Part shown: in pieces, positions 12,801 through 27,500 of the stretch
Layout of the letters: the number at the start of each line of letters is the position of its first letter
Position numbering within the stretch: position 1 is the stretch's first letter
From: Auanema rhodensis
Taxonomy: Eukaryota; Animalia; Nematoda
Direction: 5' to 3'
DNA length: 64,000 bases
Assembly: GCA_964057225.1 (NCBI GenBank)
Contig: OZ059896.1
Span: 19,468,001 to 19,532,000, forward strand
Position numbers and translations under genes: made by a program
The notes under the pieces: generated by a model
The model's input: only the letters and a program-made list of their open reading frames with translations
What the model was told of the DNA's origin: nothing
Databases searched by the model: none

Positions 12801-13338
12801 TGATATATCGGTGCATTTTTAAGCTAGCGCAAATCTGATAACACAGATCGACGCAGCTTAAAAATCCGCATCGAATGCACTATACTACATTGAGAAACGC
12901 TTAATACAAAAATTAGTTATGATCGTTTGAAAAATGATGCATTAGTGTATGTTGAGTTTCCATGTACACTCAACATTGCTTCCAAAAACATTTTGACAAA
13001 AATTTTTTCGAAAAATTTCTGAATAATTTAGCAAAAAGTAGATGTTTTTAGATTCTTTTTTTCAAGGCAAAGACGATGGACAATGTTATTCAACGAAAAA
13101 ATTAATTCTTCAGGATGAAAATCGAGGATATAAGTGTGAACTTATATCAGTTGATATCTCGGTGCATTTTTAAGCTAGCGCAAATCTGATAACACAGATC
13201 GACGCAGCTTAAAAATCCGCATCGAATGCACTATACTACATTGAGAAACGCTTAATACAAAAATTAGTTATGATCGTTTGAAAAATGATGCATTAGTGTA
13301 TGTTGAGTTTCCATGTACACTCAACATTGCTTCCAAAA
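9829..13338. repeat. Second copy of the M1-M10 block, 28 monomers (9828 bp) downstream
   Basis: M29-38 repeat the variant order of M1-10, including G79A (M3/M31), G23A+T183C (M8/M36), C76T (M9/M37) and TCTGA (M10/M38). Confidence 0.82.
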
Positions 13339-14040
13339 ACATTTTGACAAAAATTTTTTCGAAAAATTTCAAAATAATTTAGCAAAAAGTAGATGTTCTT
13401 AGATTCCTTTTTTCAAGGCAAAGACGATGGACATTGTTATTCAACGAAAAAATTAATTCTTCAGGGTGAAAATCGAGGATATAAGTGTGAACTTATATCA
13501 GTTGATATATCGGTGCATTTTTAAGCTAGCGCAAATCTGATAACACAGATCGACGCAGCTTAAAAATCCGCATCGAATGCACTATACTACATTGAGAAAC
13601 GCTTAATACAAAAATTAGTTATGATCGTTTGAAAAATGATGCATTAGTGTATGTTGAGTTTCCATGTACACTCAACATTGCTTCCAAAAACATTTTGACA
13701 AACATTTTTTCGAAAAATTTCCAAATAATTTAGCAAAAAGTAGATGTTTTTAGATTCTTTTTTTCAAGGCAAAGACGATGGACAATGTTATTCAACGAAA
13801 AAATTAATTCTTCAGGGTGAAAATCGAGGATATAAGTGTGAACTTATATCAGTTGATATCTCGGTGCATTTTTAAGCTAGCGCAAATCTGATAACACAGA
13901 TCGACGCAGCTTAAAAATCCGCATCGAATGCACTATACTACATTGAGAAACGCTTAATACAAAAATTAGTTATGATCGTTTGAAAAATGATGCATTAGTG
14001 TATGTTGAGTTTCCATGTACACTCAACATTGCTTCCAAAA

Positions 14041-17000
14041 ACATTTTGACAAAAATTTTTTCAAAAAATTTCAAAATAATTTAGCAAAAAGTAGATGTTT
14101 TTAGATTCCTTTTTTCAAGGCAAAGACGATGGACAATGTTATTCAACGAAAAAATTAATTCTTCAGGGTGAAAATCGAGGATATAAGTGTGAACTTATAT
14201 CAGTTGATATCTCGGTGCATTTCTAAGCTAGCGCAAATCTGATAACACAGATCGACGCAGCTTAAAAATCCGCATCGAATGCACTATACTACATTGAGAA
14301 ACGCTTAATACAAAAATTAGTTATGATCGTTTGAAAAATGATGCATTAGTGTATGTTGAGTTTCCATGTACACTCAACATTGCTTCCAAAAACATTTTGA
14401 CAAAAATTTTTTCGAAAAATTTCAAAATAATTTAGCAAAAAGTAGATGTTCTTAGATTCCTTTTTTTAAGGCAAAGACGATGGACATTGTTATTCAACGA
14501 AAAAATTAATTCTTCAGGGTGAAAATCGAGGATATAAGTGTGAACTTATATCAGTTGATATATCGGTGCATTTTTAAGCTAGCGCAAATCTGATAACACA
14601 GATCGACGCAGCTTAAAAATCCGCATCGAATGCACTATACTACATTGAGAAACGCTTAATACAAAAATTAGTTATGATCGTTTGAAAAATGATGCATTAG
14701 TGTATGTTGAGTTTCCATGTACACTCAACATTGCTTCCAAAAACATTTTGACAAAAATTTTTTCGAAAAATTTCTGAATAATTTAGCAAAAAGTAGATGT
14801 TTTTAGATTCTTTTTTTCAAGGCAAAGACGATGGACAATGTTATTCAACGAAAAAATTAATTCTTCAGGGTGAAAATCGAGGATATAAGTGTGAACTTAT
14901 ATCAGTTGATATCTCGGTGCATTTTTAAGCTAGCGCAAATCTGATAACACAGATCGACGCAGCTTAAAAATCCGCATCGAATGCACTATACTACATTGAG
15001 AAACGCTTAATACAAAAATTAGTTATGATCGTTTGAAAAATGATGCATTAGTGTATGTTGAGTTTCCATGTACACTCAACATTGCTTCCAAAAACATTTT
15101 GACAAAAATTTTTTCAAAAAATTTCAAAATAATTTAGCAAAAAGTAGATGTTTTTAGATTCCTTTTTTCAAGGCAAAGACGATGGACAATGTTATTCAAC
15201 GAAAAAATTAATTCTTCAGGGTGAAAATCGAGGATATAAGTGTGAACTTATATCAGTTGATATCTCGGTGCATTTCTAAGCTAGCGCAAATCTGATAACA
15301 CAGATCGACGCAGCTTAAAAATCCGCATCGAATGCACTATACTACATTGAGAAACGCTTAATACAAAAATTAGTTATGATCGTTTGAAAAATGATGCATT
15401 AGTGTATGTTGAGTTTCCATGTACACTCAACATTGCTTCCAAAAACATTTTGACAAAAATTTTTTCGAAAAATTTCAAAATAATTTAGCAAAAAGTAGAT
15501 GTTCTTAGATTCCTTTTTTTAAGGCAAAGACGATGGACATTGTTATTCAACGAAAAAATTAATTCTTCAGGGTGAAAATCGAGGATATAAGTGTGAACTT
15601 ATAGCAGTTGATATATCGGTGCATTTTTAAGCTAGCGCAAATCTGATAACACAGATCGACGCAGCTTAAAAATCCGCATCGAATGCACTATACTACATTG
15701 AGAAACGCTTAATACAAAAATTAGTTATGATCGTTTGAAAAATGATGCATTAGTGTATGTTGAGTTTCCATGTACACTCAACATTGCTTCCAAAAACATT
15801 TTGACAAAAATTTTTTCGAAAAATTTCTGAATAATTTAGCAAAAAGTAGATGTTTTTAGATTCTTTTTTTCAAGGCAAAGACGATGGACAATGTTATTCA
15901 ACGAAAAAATTAATTCTTCAGGGTGAAAATCGAGGATATAAGTGTGAACTTATATCAGTTGATATCTCGGTGCATTTTTAAGCTAGCGCAAATCTGATAA
16001 CACAGATCGACGCAGCTTAAAAATCCGCATCGAATGCACTATACTACATTGAGAAACGCTTAATACAAAAATTAGTTATGATCGTTTGAAAAATGATGCA
16101 TTAGTGTATGTTGAGTTTCCATGTACACTCAACATTGCTTCCAAAAACATTTTGACAAAAATTTTTTCGAAAAATTTCAAAATAATTTAGCAAAAAGTAG
16201 ATGTTCTTAGATTCCTTTTTTCAAGGCAAAGACGATGGACATTGTTATTCAACGAAAAAATTAATTCTTCAGGGTGAAAATCGAGGATATAAGTGTGAAC
16301 TTATATCAGTTGATATATCGGTGCATTTTTAAGCTAGCGCAAATCTGATAACACAGATCGACGCAGCTTAAAAATCCGCATCGAATGCACTATACTACAT
16401 TGAGAAACGCTTAATACAAAAATTAGTTATGATCGTTTGAAAAATGATGCATTAGTGTATGTTGAGTTTCCATGTACACTCAACATTGCTTCCAAAAACA
16501 TTTTGACAAACATTTTTTCGAAAAATTTCCAAATAATTTAGCAAAAAGTAGATGTTTTTAGATTCTTTTTTTCAAGGCAAAGACGATGGACAATGTTATT
16601 CAACGAAAAAATTAATTCTTCAGGGTGAAAATCGAGGATATAAGTGTGAACTTATATCAGTTGATATCTCGGTGCATTTTTAAGCTAGCGCAAATCTGAT
16701 AACACAGATCGACGCAGCTTAAAAATCCGCATCGAATGCACTATACTACATTGAGAAACGCTTAATACAAAAATTAGTTATGATCGTTTGAAAAATGATG
16801 CATTAGTGTATGTTGAGTTTCCATGTACACTCAACATTGCTTCCAAAAACATTTTGACAAAAATTTTTTCGAAAAATTTCAAAATAATTTAGCAAAAAGT
16901 AGATGTTCTTAGATTCCTTTTTTCAAGGCAAAGACGATGGACATTGTTATTCAACGAAAAAATTAATTCTTCAGGGTGAAAATCGAGGATATAAGTGTGA

Positions 17001-20000
17001 ACTTATATCAGTTGATATATCGGTGCATTTTTAAGCTAGCGCAAATCTGATAACACAGATCGACGCAGCTTAAAAATCCGCATCGAATGCACTATACTAC
17101 ATTGAGAAACGCTTAATACAAAAATTAGTTATGATCGTTTGAAAAATGATGCATTAGTGTATGTTGAGTTTCCATGTACACTCAACATTGCTTCCAAAAA
17201 CATTTTGACAAAAATTTTTTCGAAAAATTTCTAAATAATTTAGCAAAAAGTAGATGTTTTTAGATTCTTTTTTTCAAGGCAAAGACGATGGACAATGTTA
17301 TTCAACGAAAAAATTAATTCTTCAGGGTGAAAATCGAGGATATAAGTGTGAACTTATATCAGTTGATATCTCGGTGCATTTTTAAGCTAGCGCAAATCTG
17401 ATAACACAGATCGACGCAGCTTAAAAATCCACATCGAATGCACTATACTACATTGAGAAACGCTCAATACAAAAATTAGTTATGATCGTTTGAAAAATGA
17501 TGCATTAGTGTATGTAGAGTTTCCATGTACACTCAACATTGCTTCCAAAAACATTTTGACAAAAATTTTTTCGAAAAATTTCAAAATAATTTAGCAAAAA
17601 GTAGATGTTTTTAGATTCCTTCTTTCAAGGCAAAGACGATGGACAATGTTATTCAACGAAAAAATTAATTCTTCAGGGTGAAAATCGAGGATATAAGTGT
17701 GAACTTATATCAGTTGATATATCGGTGCATTTTTAAGCTAGCGCAAATCTGATAACACAGATCGACGCAGCTTAAAAATCCGCATCGAATGCACTATACT
17801 ACATTGAGAAACGCTTAATACAAAAATTAGTTATGATCGTTTGAAAAATGATGCATTAGTGTATGTTGAGTTTCCATGTACACTCAACATTGCTTCCAAA
17901 AACATTTTGACAAAAATTTTTTCGAAAAATTTCAAAATAATTTAGCAAAAAGTAGATGTTCTTAGATTCCTTTTTTCAAGGCAAAGACGATGGACATTGT
18001 TATTCAACGAAAAAATTAATTCTTCAGGGTGAAAATCGAGGATATAAGTGTGAACTTATATCAGTTGATATATCGGTGCATTTTTAAGCTAGCGCAAATC
18101 TGATAACACAGATCGACGCAGCTTAAAAATCCGCATCGAATGCACTATACTACATTGAGAAACGCTTAATACAAAAATTAGTTATGATCGTTTGAAAAAT
18201 GATGCATTAGTGTATGTTGAGTTTCCATGTACACTCAACATTGCTTCCAAAAACATTTTGACAAAAATTTTTTCGAAAAATTTCTAAATAATTTAGCAAA
18301 AAGTAGATGTTTTTAGATTCTTTTTTTCAAGGCAAAGACGATGGACAATGTTATTCAACGAAAAAATTAGTTCTTCAGGGTGAAAATCGAGGATATAAGT
18401 GTGAACTTATATCAGTTGATATCTCGGTGCATTTTTAAGCTAGCGCAAATCTGATAACACAGATCGACGCAGCTTAAAAATCCATATCGAATGCACTATA
18501 CTACATTGAGAAACGCTTAATACAAAAATTAGTTATGATCGTTTGAAAAATGATGCATTAGTGTATGTTGAGTTTCCATGTACACTCAACATTGCTTCCA
18601 AAAACATTTTGACAAAAATTTTTTCGAAAAATTTCAAAATAATTTAGCAAAAAGTAGATGTTTTTAGATTCCTTCTTTCAAGGCAAAGACGATGGACAAT
18701 GTTATTCAACGAAAAAATTAATTCTTCAGGGTGAAAATCGAGGATATAAGTGTGAACTTATATCAGTTGATATATCGGTGCATTTTTAAGCTAGCGCAAA
18801 TCTGATAACACAGATCGACGCAGCTTAAAAATCCGCATCGAATGCACTATACTACATTGAGAAACGCTTAATACAAAAATTAGTTATGATCGTTTGAAAA
18901 ATGATGCATTAGTGTATGTTGAGTTTCCATGTACACTCAACATTGCTTCCAAAAACATTTTGACAAAAATTTTTTCGAAAAATTTCAAAATAATTTAGCA
19001 AAAAGTAGATGTTCTTAGATTCCTTTTTTCAAGGCAAAGACGATGGACATTGTTATTCAACGAAAAAATTAATTCTTCAGGGTGAAAATCGAGGATATAA
19101 GTGTGAACTTATATCAGTTGATATATCGGTGCATTTTTAAGCTAGCGCAAATCTGATAACACAGATCGACGCAGCTTAAAAATCCGCATCGAATGCACTA
19201 TACTACATTGAGAAACGCTTAATACAAAAATTAGTTATGATCGTTTGAAAAATGATGCATTAGTGTATGTTGAGTTTCCATGTACACTCAACATTGCTTC
19301 CAAAAACATTTTGACAAAAATTTTTTCAAAAAATTTCAAAATAATTTAGCAAAAAGTAGATGTTTTTAGATTCCTTTTTTCAAGGCAAAGACGATGGACA
19401 ATGTTATTCAACGAAAAAATTAATTCTTCAGGGTGAAAATCGAGGATATAAGTGTGAACTTATATCAGTTGATATCTCGGTGCATTTCTAAGCTAGCGCA
19501 AATCTGATAACACAGATCGACGCAGCTTAAAAATCCGCATCGAATGCACTATACTACATTGAGAAACGCTTAATACAAAAATTAGTTATGATCGTTTGAA
19601 AAATGATGCATTAGTGTATGTTGAGTTTCCATGTACACTCAACATTGCTTCCAAAAACATTTTGACAAAAATTTTTTCGAAAAATTTCAAAATAATTTAG
19701 CAAAAAGTAGATGTTCTTAGATTCCTTTTTTTAAGGCAAAGACGATGGACATTGTTATTCAACGAAAAAATTAATTCTTCAGGGTGAAAATCGAGGATAT
19801 AAGTGTGAACTTATATCAGTTGATATCTCGGTGCATTTTTAAGCTAGCGCAAATCTGATAACACAGATCGACGCAGCTTAAAAATCCGCATCGAATGCAC
19901 TATACTACATTGAGAAACGCTTAATACAAAAATTAGTTATGATCGTTTGAAAAATGATGCATTAGTGTATGTTGAGTTTCCATGTACACTCAACATTGCT

Positions 20001-23000
20001 TCCAAAAACATTTTGACAAAAATTTTTTCGAAAAATTTCTGAATAATTTAGCAAAAAGTAGATGTTTTTAGATTCTTTTTTTCAAGGCAAAGACGATGGA
20101 CAATGTTATTCAACGAAAAAATTAATTCTTCAGGGTGAAAATCGAGGATATAAGTGTGAACTTATATCAGTTGATATCTCGGTGCATTTTTAAGCTAGCG
20201 CAAATCTGATAACACAGATCGACGCAGCTTAAAAATCCGCATCGAATGCACTATACTACATTGAGAAACGCTTAATACAAAAATTAGTTATGATCGTTTG
20301 AAAAATGATGCATTAGTGTATGTTGAGTTTCCATGTACACTCAACATTGCTTCCAAAAACATTTTGACAAAAATTTTTTCAAAAAATTTCAAAATAATTT
20401 AGCAAAAAGTAGATGTTTTTAGATTCCTTTTTTCAAGGCAAAGACGATGGACAATGTTATTCAACGAAAAAATTAATTCTTCAGGGTGAAAATCGAGGAT
20501 ATAAGTGTGAACTTATATCAGTTGATATCTCGGTGCATTTCTAAGCTAGCGCAAATCTGATAACACAGATCGACGCAGCTTAAAAATCCGCATCGAATGC
20601 ACTATACTACATTGAGAAACGCTTAATACAAAAATTAGTTATGATCGTTTGAAAAATGATGCATTAGTGTATGTTGAGTTTCCATGTACACTCAACATTG
20701 CTTCCAAAAACATTTTGACAAAAATTTTTTCGAAAAATTTCAAAATAATTTAGCAAAAAGTAGATGTTCTTAGATTCCTTTTTTTAAGGCAAAGACGATG
20801 GACATTGTTATTCAACGAAAAAATTAATTCTTCAGGGTGAAAATCGAGGATATAAGTGTGAACTTATAGCAGTTGATATATCGGTGCATTTTTAAGCTAG
20901 CGCAAATCTGATAACACAGATCGACGCAGCTTAAAAATCCGCATCGAATGCACTATACTACATTGAGAAACGCTTAATACAAAAATTAGTTATGATCGTT
21001 TGAAAAATGATGCATTAGTGTATGTTGAGTTTCCATGTACACTCAACATTGCTTCCAAAAACATTTTGACAAAAATTTTTTCGAAAAATTTCTGAATAAT
21101 TTAGCAAAAAGTAGATGTTTTTAGATTCTTTTTTTCAAGGCAAAGACGATGGACAATGTTATTCAACGAAAAAATTAATTCTTCAGGGTGAAAATCGAGG
21201 ATATAAGTGTGAACTTATATCAGTTGATATCTCGGTGCATTTTTAAGCTAGCGCAAATCTGATAACACAGATCGACGCAGCTTAAAAATCCGCATCGAAT
21301 GCACTATACTACATTGAGAAACGCTTAATACAAAAATTAGTTATGATCGTTTGAAAAATGATGCATTAGTGTATGTTGAGTTTCCATGTACACTCAACAT
21401 TGCTTCCAAAAACATTTTGACAAAAATTTTTTCGAAAAATTTCAAAATAATTTAGCAAAAAGTAGATGTTCTTAGATTCCTTTTTTCAAGGCAAAGACGA
21501 TGGACATTGTTATTCAACGAAAAAATTAATTCTTCAGGGTGAAAATCGAGGATATAAGTGTGAACTTATATCAGTTGATATATCGGTGCATTTTTAAGCT
21601 AGCGCAAATCTGATAACACAGATCGACGCAGCTTAAAAATCCGCATCGAATGCACTATACTACATTGAGAAACGCTTAATACAAAAATTAGTTATGATCG
21701 TTTGAAAAATGATGCATTAGTGTATGTTGAGTTTCCATGTACACTCAACATTGCTTCCAAAAACATTTTGACAAACATTTTTTCGAAAAATTTCCAAATA
21801 ATTTAGCAAAAAGTAGATGTTTTTAGATTCTTTTTTTCAAGGCAAAGACGATGGACAATGTTATTCAACGAAAAAATTAATTCTTCAGGGTGAAAATCGA
21901 GGATATAAGTGTGAACTTATATCAGTTGATATCTCGGTGCATTTTTAAGCTAGCGCAAATCTGATAACACAGATCGACGCAGCTTAAAAATCCGCATCGA
22001 ATGCACTATACTACATTGAGAAACGCTTAATACAAAAATTAGTTATGATCGTTTGAAAAATGATGCATTAGTGTATGTTGAGTTTCCATGTACACTCAAC
22101 ATTGCTTCCAAAAACATTTTGACAAAAATTTTTTCGAAAAATTTCAAAATAATTTAGCAAAAAGTAGATGTTCTTAGATTCCTTTTTTCAAGGCAAAGAC
22201 GATGGACATTGTTATTCAACGAAAAAATTAATTCTTCAGGGTGAAAATCGAGGATATAAGTGTGAACTTATATCAGTTGATATATCGGTGCATTTTTAAG
22301 CTAGCGCAAATCTGATAACACAGATCGACGCAGCTTAAAAATCCGCATCGAATGCACTATACTACATTGAGAAACGCTTAATACAAAAATTAGTTATGAT
22401 CGTTTGAAAAATGATGCATTAGTGTATGTTGAGTTTCCATGTACACTCAACATTGCTTCCAAAAACATTTTGACAAAAATTTTTTCGAAAAATTTCTAAA
22501 TAATTTAGCAAAAAGTAGATGTTTTTAGATTCTTTTTTTCAAGGCAAAGACGATGGACAATGTTATTCAACGAAAAAATTAATTCTTCAGGGTGAAAATC
22601 GAGGATATAAGTGTGAACTTATATCAGTTGATATCTCGGTGCATTTTTAAGCTAGCGCAAATCTGATAACACAGATCGACGCAGCTTAAAAATCCACATC
22701 GAATGCACTATACTACATTGAGAAACGCTCAATACAAAAATTAGTTATGATCGTTTGAAAAATGATGCATTAGTGTATGTAGAGTTTCCATGTACACTCA
22801 ACATTGCTTCCAAAAACATTTTGACAAAAATTTTTTCGAAAAATTTCAAAATAATTTAGCAAAAAGTAGATGTTTTTAGATTCCTTCTTTCAAGGCAAAG
22901 ACGATGGACAATGTTATTCAACGAAAAAATTAATTCTTCAGGGTGAAAATCGAGGATATAAGTGTGAACTTATATCAGTTGATATATCGGTGCATTTTTA

Positions 23001-24570
23001 AGCTAGCGCAAATCTGATAACACAGATCGACGCAGCTTAAAAATCCGCATCGAATGCACTATACTACATTGAGAAACGCTTAATACAAAAATTAGTTATG
23101 ATCGTTTGAAAAATGATGCATTAGTGTATGTTGAGTTTCCATGTACACTCAACATTGCTTCCAAAAACATTTTGACAAAAATTTTTTCGAAAAATTTCAA
23201 AATAATTTAGCAAAAAGTAGATGTTCTTAGATTCCTTTTTTCAAGGCAAAGACGATGGACATTGTTATTCAACGAAAAAATTAATTCTTCAGGGTGAAAA
23301 TCGAGGATATAAGTGTGAACTTATATCAGTTGATATATCGGTGCATTTTTAAGCTAGCGCAAATCTGATAACACAGATCGACGCAGCTTAAAAATCCGCA
23401 TCGAATGCACTATACTACATTGAGAAACGCTTAATACAAAAATTAGTTATGATCGTTTGAAAAATGATGCATTAGTGTATGTTGAGTTTCCATGTACACT
23501 CAACATTGCTTCCAAAAACATTTTGACAAAAATTTTTTCGAAAAATTTCTAAATAATTTAGCAAAAAGTAGATGTTTTTAGATTCTTTTTTTCAAGGCAA
23601 AGACGATGGACAATGTTATTCAACGAAAAAATTAGTTCTTCAGGGTGAAAATCGAGGATATAAGTGTGAACTTATATCAGTTGATATCTCGGTGCATTTT
23701 TAAGCTAGCGCAAATCTGATAACACAGATCGACGCAGCTTAAAAATCCATATCGAATGCACTATACTACATTGAGAAACGCTTAATACAAAAATTAGTTA
23801 TGATCGTTTGAAAAATGATGCATTAGTGTATGTTGAGTTTCCATGTACACTCAACATTGCTTCCAAAAACATTTTGACAAAAATTTTTTCGAAAAATTTC
23901 AAAATAATTTAGCAAAAAGTAGATGTTTTTAGATTCCTTCTTTCAAGGCAAAGACGATGGACAATGTTATTCAACGAAAAAATTAATTCTTCAGGGTGAA
24001 AATCGAGGATATAAGTGTGAACTTATATCAGTTGATATATCGGTGCATTTTTAAGCTAGCGCAAATCTGATAACACAGATCGACGCAGCTTAAAAATCCG
24101 CATCGAATGCACTATACTACATTGAGAAACGCTTAATACAAAAATTAGTTATGATCGTTTGAAAAATGATGCATTAGTGTATGTTGAGTTTCCATGTACA
24201 CTCAACATTGCTTCCAAAAACATTTTGACAAAAATTTTTTCGAAAAATTTCAAAATAATTTAGCAAAAAGTAGATGTTCTTAGATTCCTTTTTTCAAGGC
24301 AAAGACGATGGACATTGTTATTCAACGAAAAAATTAATTCTTCAGGGTGAAAATCGAGGATATAAGTGTGAACTTATATCAGTTGATATATCGGTGCATT
24401 TTTAAGCTAGCGCAAATCTGATAACACAGATCGACGCAGCTTAAAAATCCGCATCGAATGCACTATACTACATTGAGAAACGCTTAATACAAAAATTAGT
24501 TATGATCGTTTGAAAAATGATGCATTAGTGTATGTTGAGTTTCCATGTACACTCAACATTGCTTCCAAAA
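14041..24570. repeat. Local higher-order repeat: 15-monomer (5265 bp) tandem duplication
   Basis: M41-55 match M56-70. ATAGCAG variant at 15604 and 20869 (5265 bp apart); CCATATC in M53/M68; CTCAAT+GTAGAG in M50/M65. Confidence 0.92.
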
Positions 24571-27500
24571 ACATTTTGACAAAAATTTTTTCGAAAAATT
24601 TCTAAATAATTTAGCAAAAAGTAGATGTTTTTAGATTTTTTTTTTCAAGGCAAAGACGATGGACAATGTTATTCAACGAAAAAATTAGTTCTTCAGGGTG
24701 AAAATCGAGGATATAAGTGTGAACTTATATCAGTTGATATCTCGGTGCATTTTTAAGCTAGCGCAAATCTGATAACACAGATCGACGCAGCTTAAAAATC
24801 CACATCGAATGCACTATACTACATTGAGAAACGCTTAATACAAAAATTAGTTATGATCGTTTGAAAAATGATGCATTAGTGTATGTTGAGTTTCCATGTA
24901 CACTCAACATTGCTTCCAAAAACATTTTGACAAAAATTTTTTCGAAAAATTTCTAAATAATTTAGCAAAAAGTAGATGTTTTTAGATTCTTTTTTTCAAG
25001 GCAAAGACGATGGACAATGTTATTCAACGAAAAAATTAGTTCTTCAGGGTGAAAATCGAGGATATAAGTGTGAACTTATATCAGTTGATATCTCGGTGCA
25101 TTTTTAAGCTAGCGCAAATCTGATAACACAGATCGACGCAGCTTAAAAATCCACATCGAATGCACTATACTACATTGAGAAACGCTTAATACAAAAATTA
25201 GTTATGATCGTTTGAAAAATGATGCATTAGTGTATGTTGAGTTTCCATGTACACTCAACATTGCTTCCAAAAACATTTTGACAAAAATTTTTTCGAAAAA
25301 TTTCCAAATAATTTAGCAAAAAGTAGATGTTTTTAGATTCTTTTTTTCAAGGCAAAGACGATGGACAATGTTATTCAACGAAAAAATTAATTCTTCAGGG
25401 TGAAAATCGAGGATATAAGTGTGAACTTATATCAGTTGATATCTCGGTGCATTTTTAAGCTAGCGCAAATCTGATAACACAGATCGACGCAGCTTAAAAA
25501 TCCGCATCGAATGCACTATACTACATTGAGAAACGCTTAATACAAAAATTAGTTATGATCGTTTGAAAAATGATGCATTAGTGTATGTTGAGTTTCCATG
25601 TACACTCAACATTGCTTCCAAAAACATTTTGACAAAAATTTTTTCGAAAAATTTCAAAATAATTTAGCAAAAAGTAGATGTTTTTAGATTCCTTTTTTCA
25701 AGGCAAAGACGATGGACATTGTTATTCAACGAAAAAATTAATTCTTCAGGGTGAAAATCGAGGATATAAGTGTGAACTTATATCAGTTGATATATCGGTG
25801 CATTTTTAAGCTAGCGCAAATCTGATAACACAGATCGACGCAGCTTAAAAATCCGCATCGAATGCACTATACTACATTGAGAAACGCTTAATACAAAAAT
25901 TAGTTATGATCGTTTGAAAAATGATGCATTAGTGTATGTTGAGTTTCCATGTACACTCAACATTGCTTCCAAAAACATTTTGACAAAAATTTTTTCGAAA
26001 AATTTCTAAATAATTTAGCAAAAAGTAGATGTTTTTAGATTCTTTTTTTCAAGGCAAAGACGATGGACAATGTTATTCAACGAAAAAATTAATTCTTCAG
26101 GGTGAAAATCGAGGATATAAGTGTGAACTTATATCAGTTGATATCTCGGTGCATTTTTAAGCTAGCGCAAATCTGATAACACAGATCGACGCAGCTTAAA
26201 AATCCACATCGAATGCACTATACTACATTGAGAAACGCTCAATACAAAAATTAGTTATGATCGTTTGAAAAATGATGCATTAGTGTATGTAGAGTTTCCA
26301 TGTACACTCAACATTGCTTCCAAAAACATTTTGACAAAAATTTTTTCGAAAAATTTCAAAATAATTTAGCAAAAAGTAGATGTTTTTAGATTCCTTCTTT
26401 CAAGGCAAAGACGATGGACAATGTTATTCAACGAAAAAATTAATTCTTCAGGGTGAAAATCGAGGATATAAGTGTGAACTTATATCAGTTGATATATCGG
26501 TGCATTTTTAAGCTAGCGCAAATCTGATAACACAGATCGACGCAGCTTAAAAATCCGCATCGAATGCACTATACTACATTGAGAAACGCTTAATACAAAA
26601 ATTAGTTATGATCGTTTGAAAAATGATGCATTAGTGTATGTTGAGTTTCCATGTACACTCAACATTGCTTCCAAAAACATTTTGACAAAAATTTTTTCGA
26701 AAAATTTCAAAATAATTTAGCAAAAAGTAGATGTTTTTAGATTCCTTTTTTCAAGGCAAAGACGATGGACAATGTTATTCAACGAAAAAATTAATTCTTC
26801 AGGGTGAAAATCGAGGATATAAGTGTGAACTTATATCAGTTGATATCTCGGTGCATTTTTAAGCTAGCGCAAATCTGATAACACAGATCGACGCAGCTTA
26901 AAAATCCGCATCGAATGCACTATACTACATTGAGAAACGCTTAATACAAAAATTAGTTATGATCGTTTGAAAAATGATGCATTAGTGTATGTTGAGTTTC
27001 CATGTACACTCAACATTGCTTCCAAAAACATTTTGACAAAAATTTTTTCGAAAAATTTCAAAATAATTTAGCAAAAAGTAGATGTTCTTAGATTCCTTTT
27101 TTCAAGGCAAAGACGATGGACATTGTTATTCAACGAAAAAATTAATTCTTCAGGGTGAAAATCGAGGATATAAGTGTGAACTTATATCAGTTGATATCTC
27201 GGTGCATTTTTAAGCTAGCGCAAATCTGATAACACAGATCGACGCAGCTTAAAAATCCGCATCGAATGCACTATACTACATTGAGAAACGCTTAATACAA
27301 AAATTAGTTATGATCGTTTGAAAAATGATGCATTAGTGTATGTTGAGTTTCCATGTACACTCAACATTGCTTCCAAAAACATTTTGACAAAAATTTTTTC
27401 GAAAAATTTCTAAATAATTTAGCAAAAAGTAGATGTTCTTAGATTCTTTTTTTCAAGGCAAAGACGATGGACAATGTTATTCAGCGAAAAAATTAATTCT

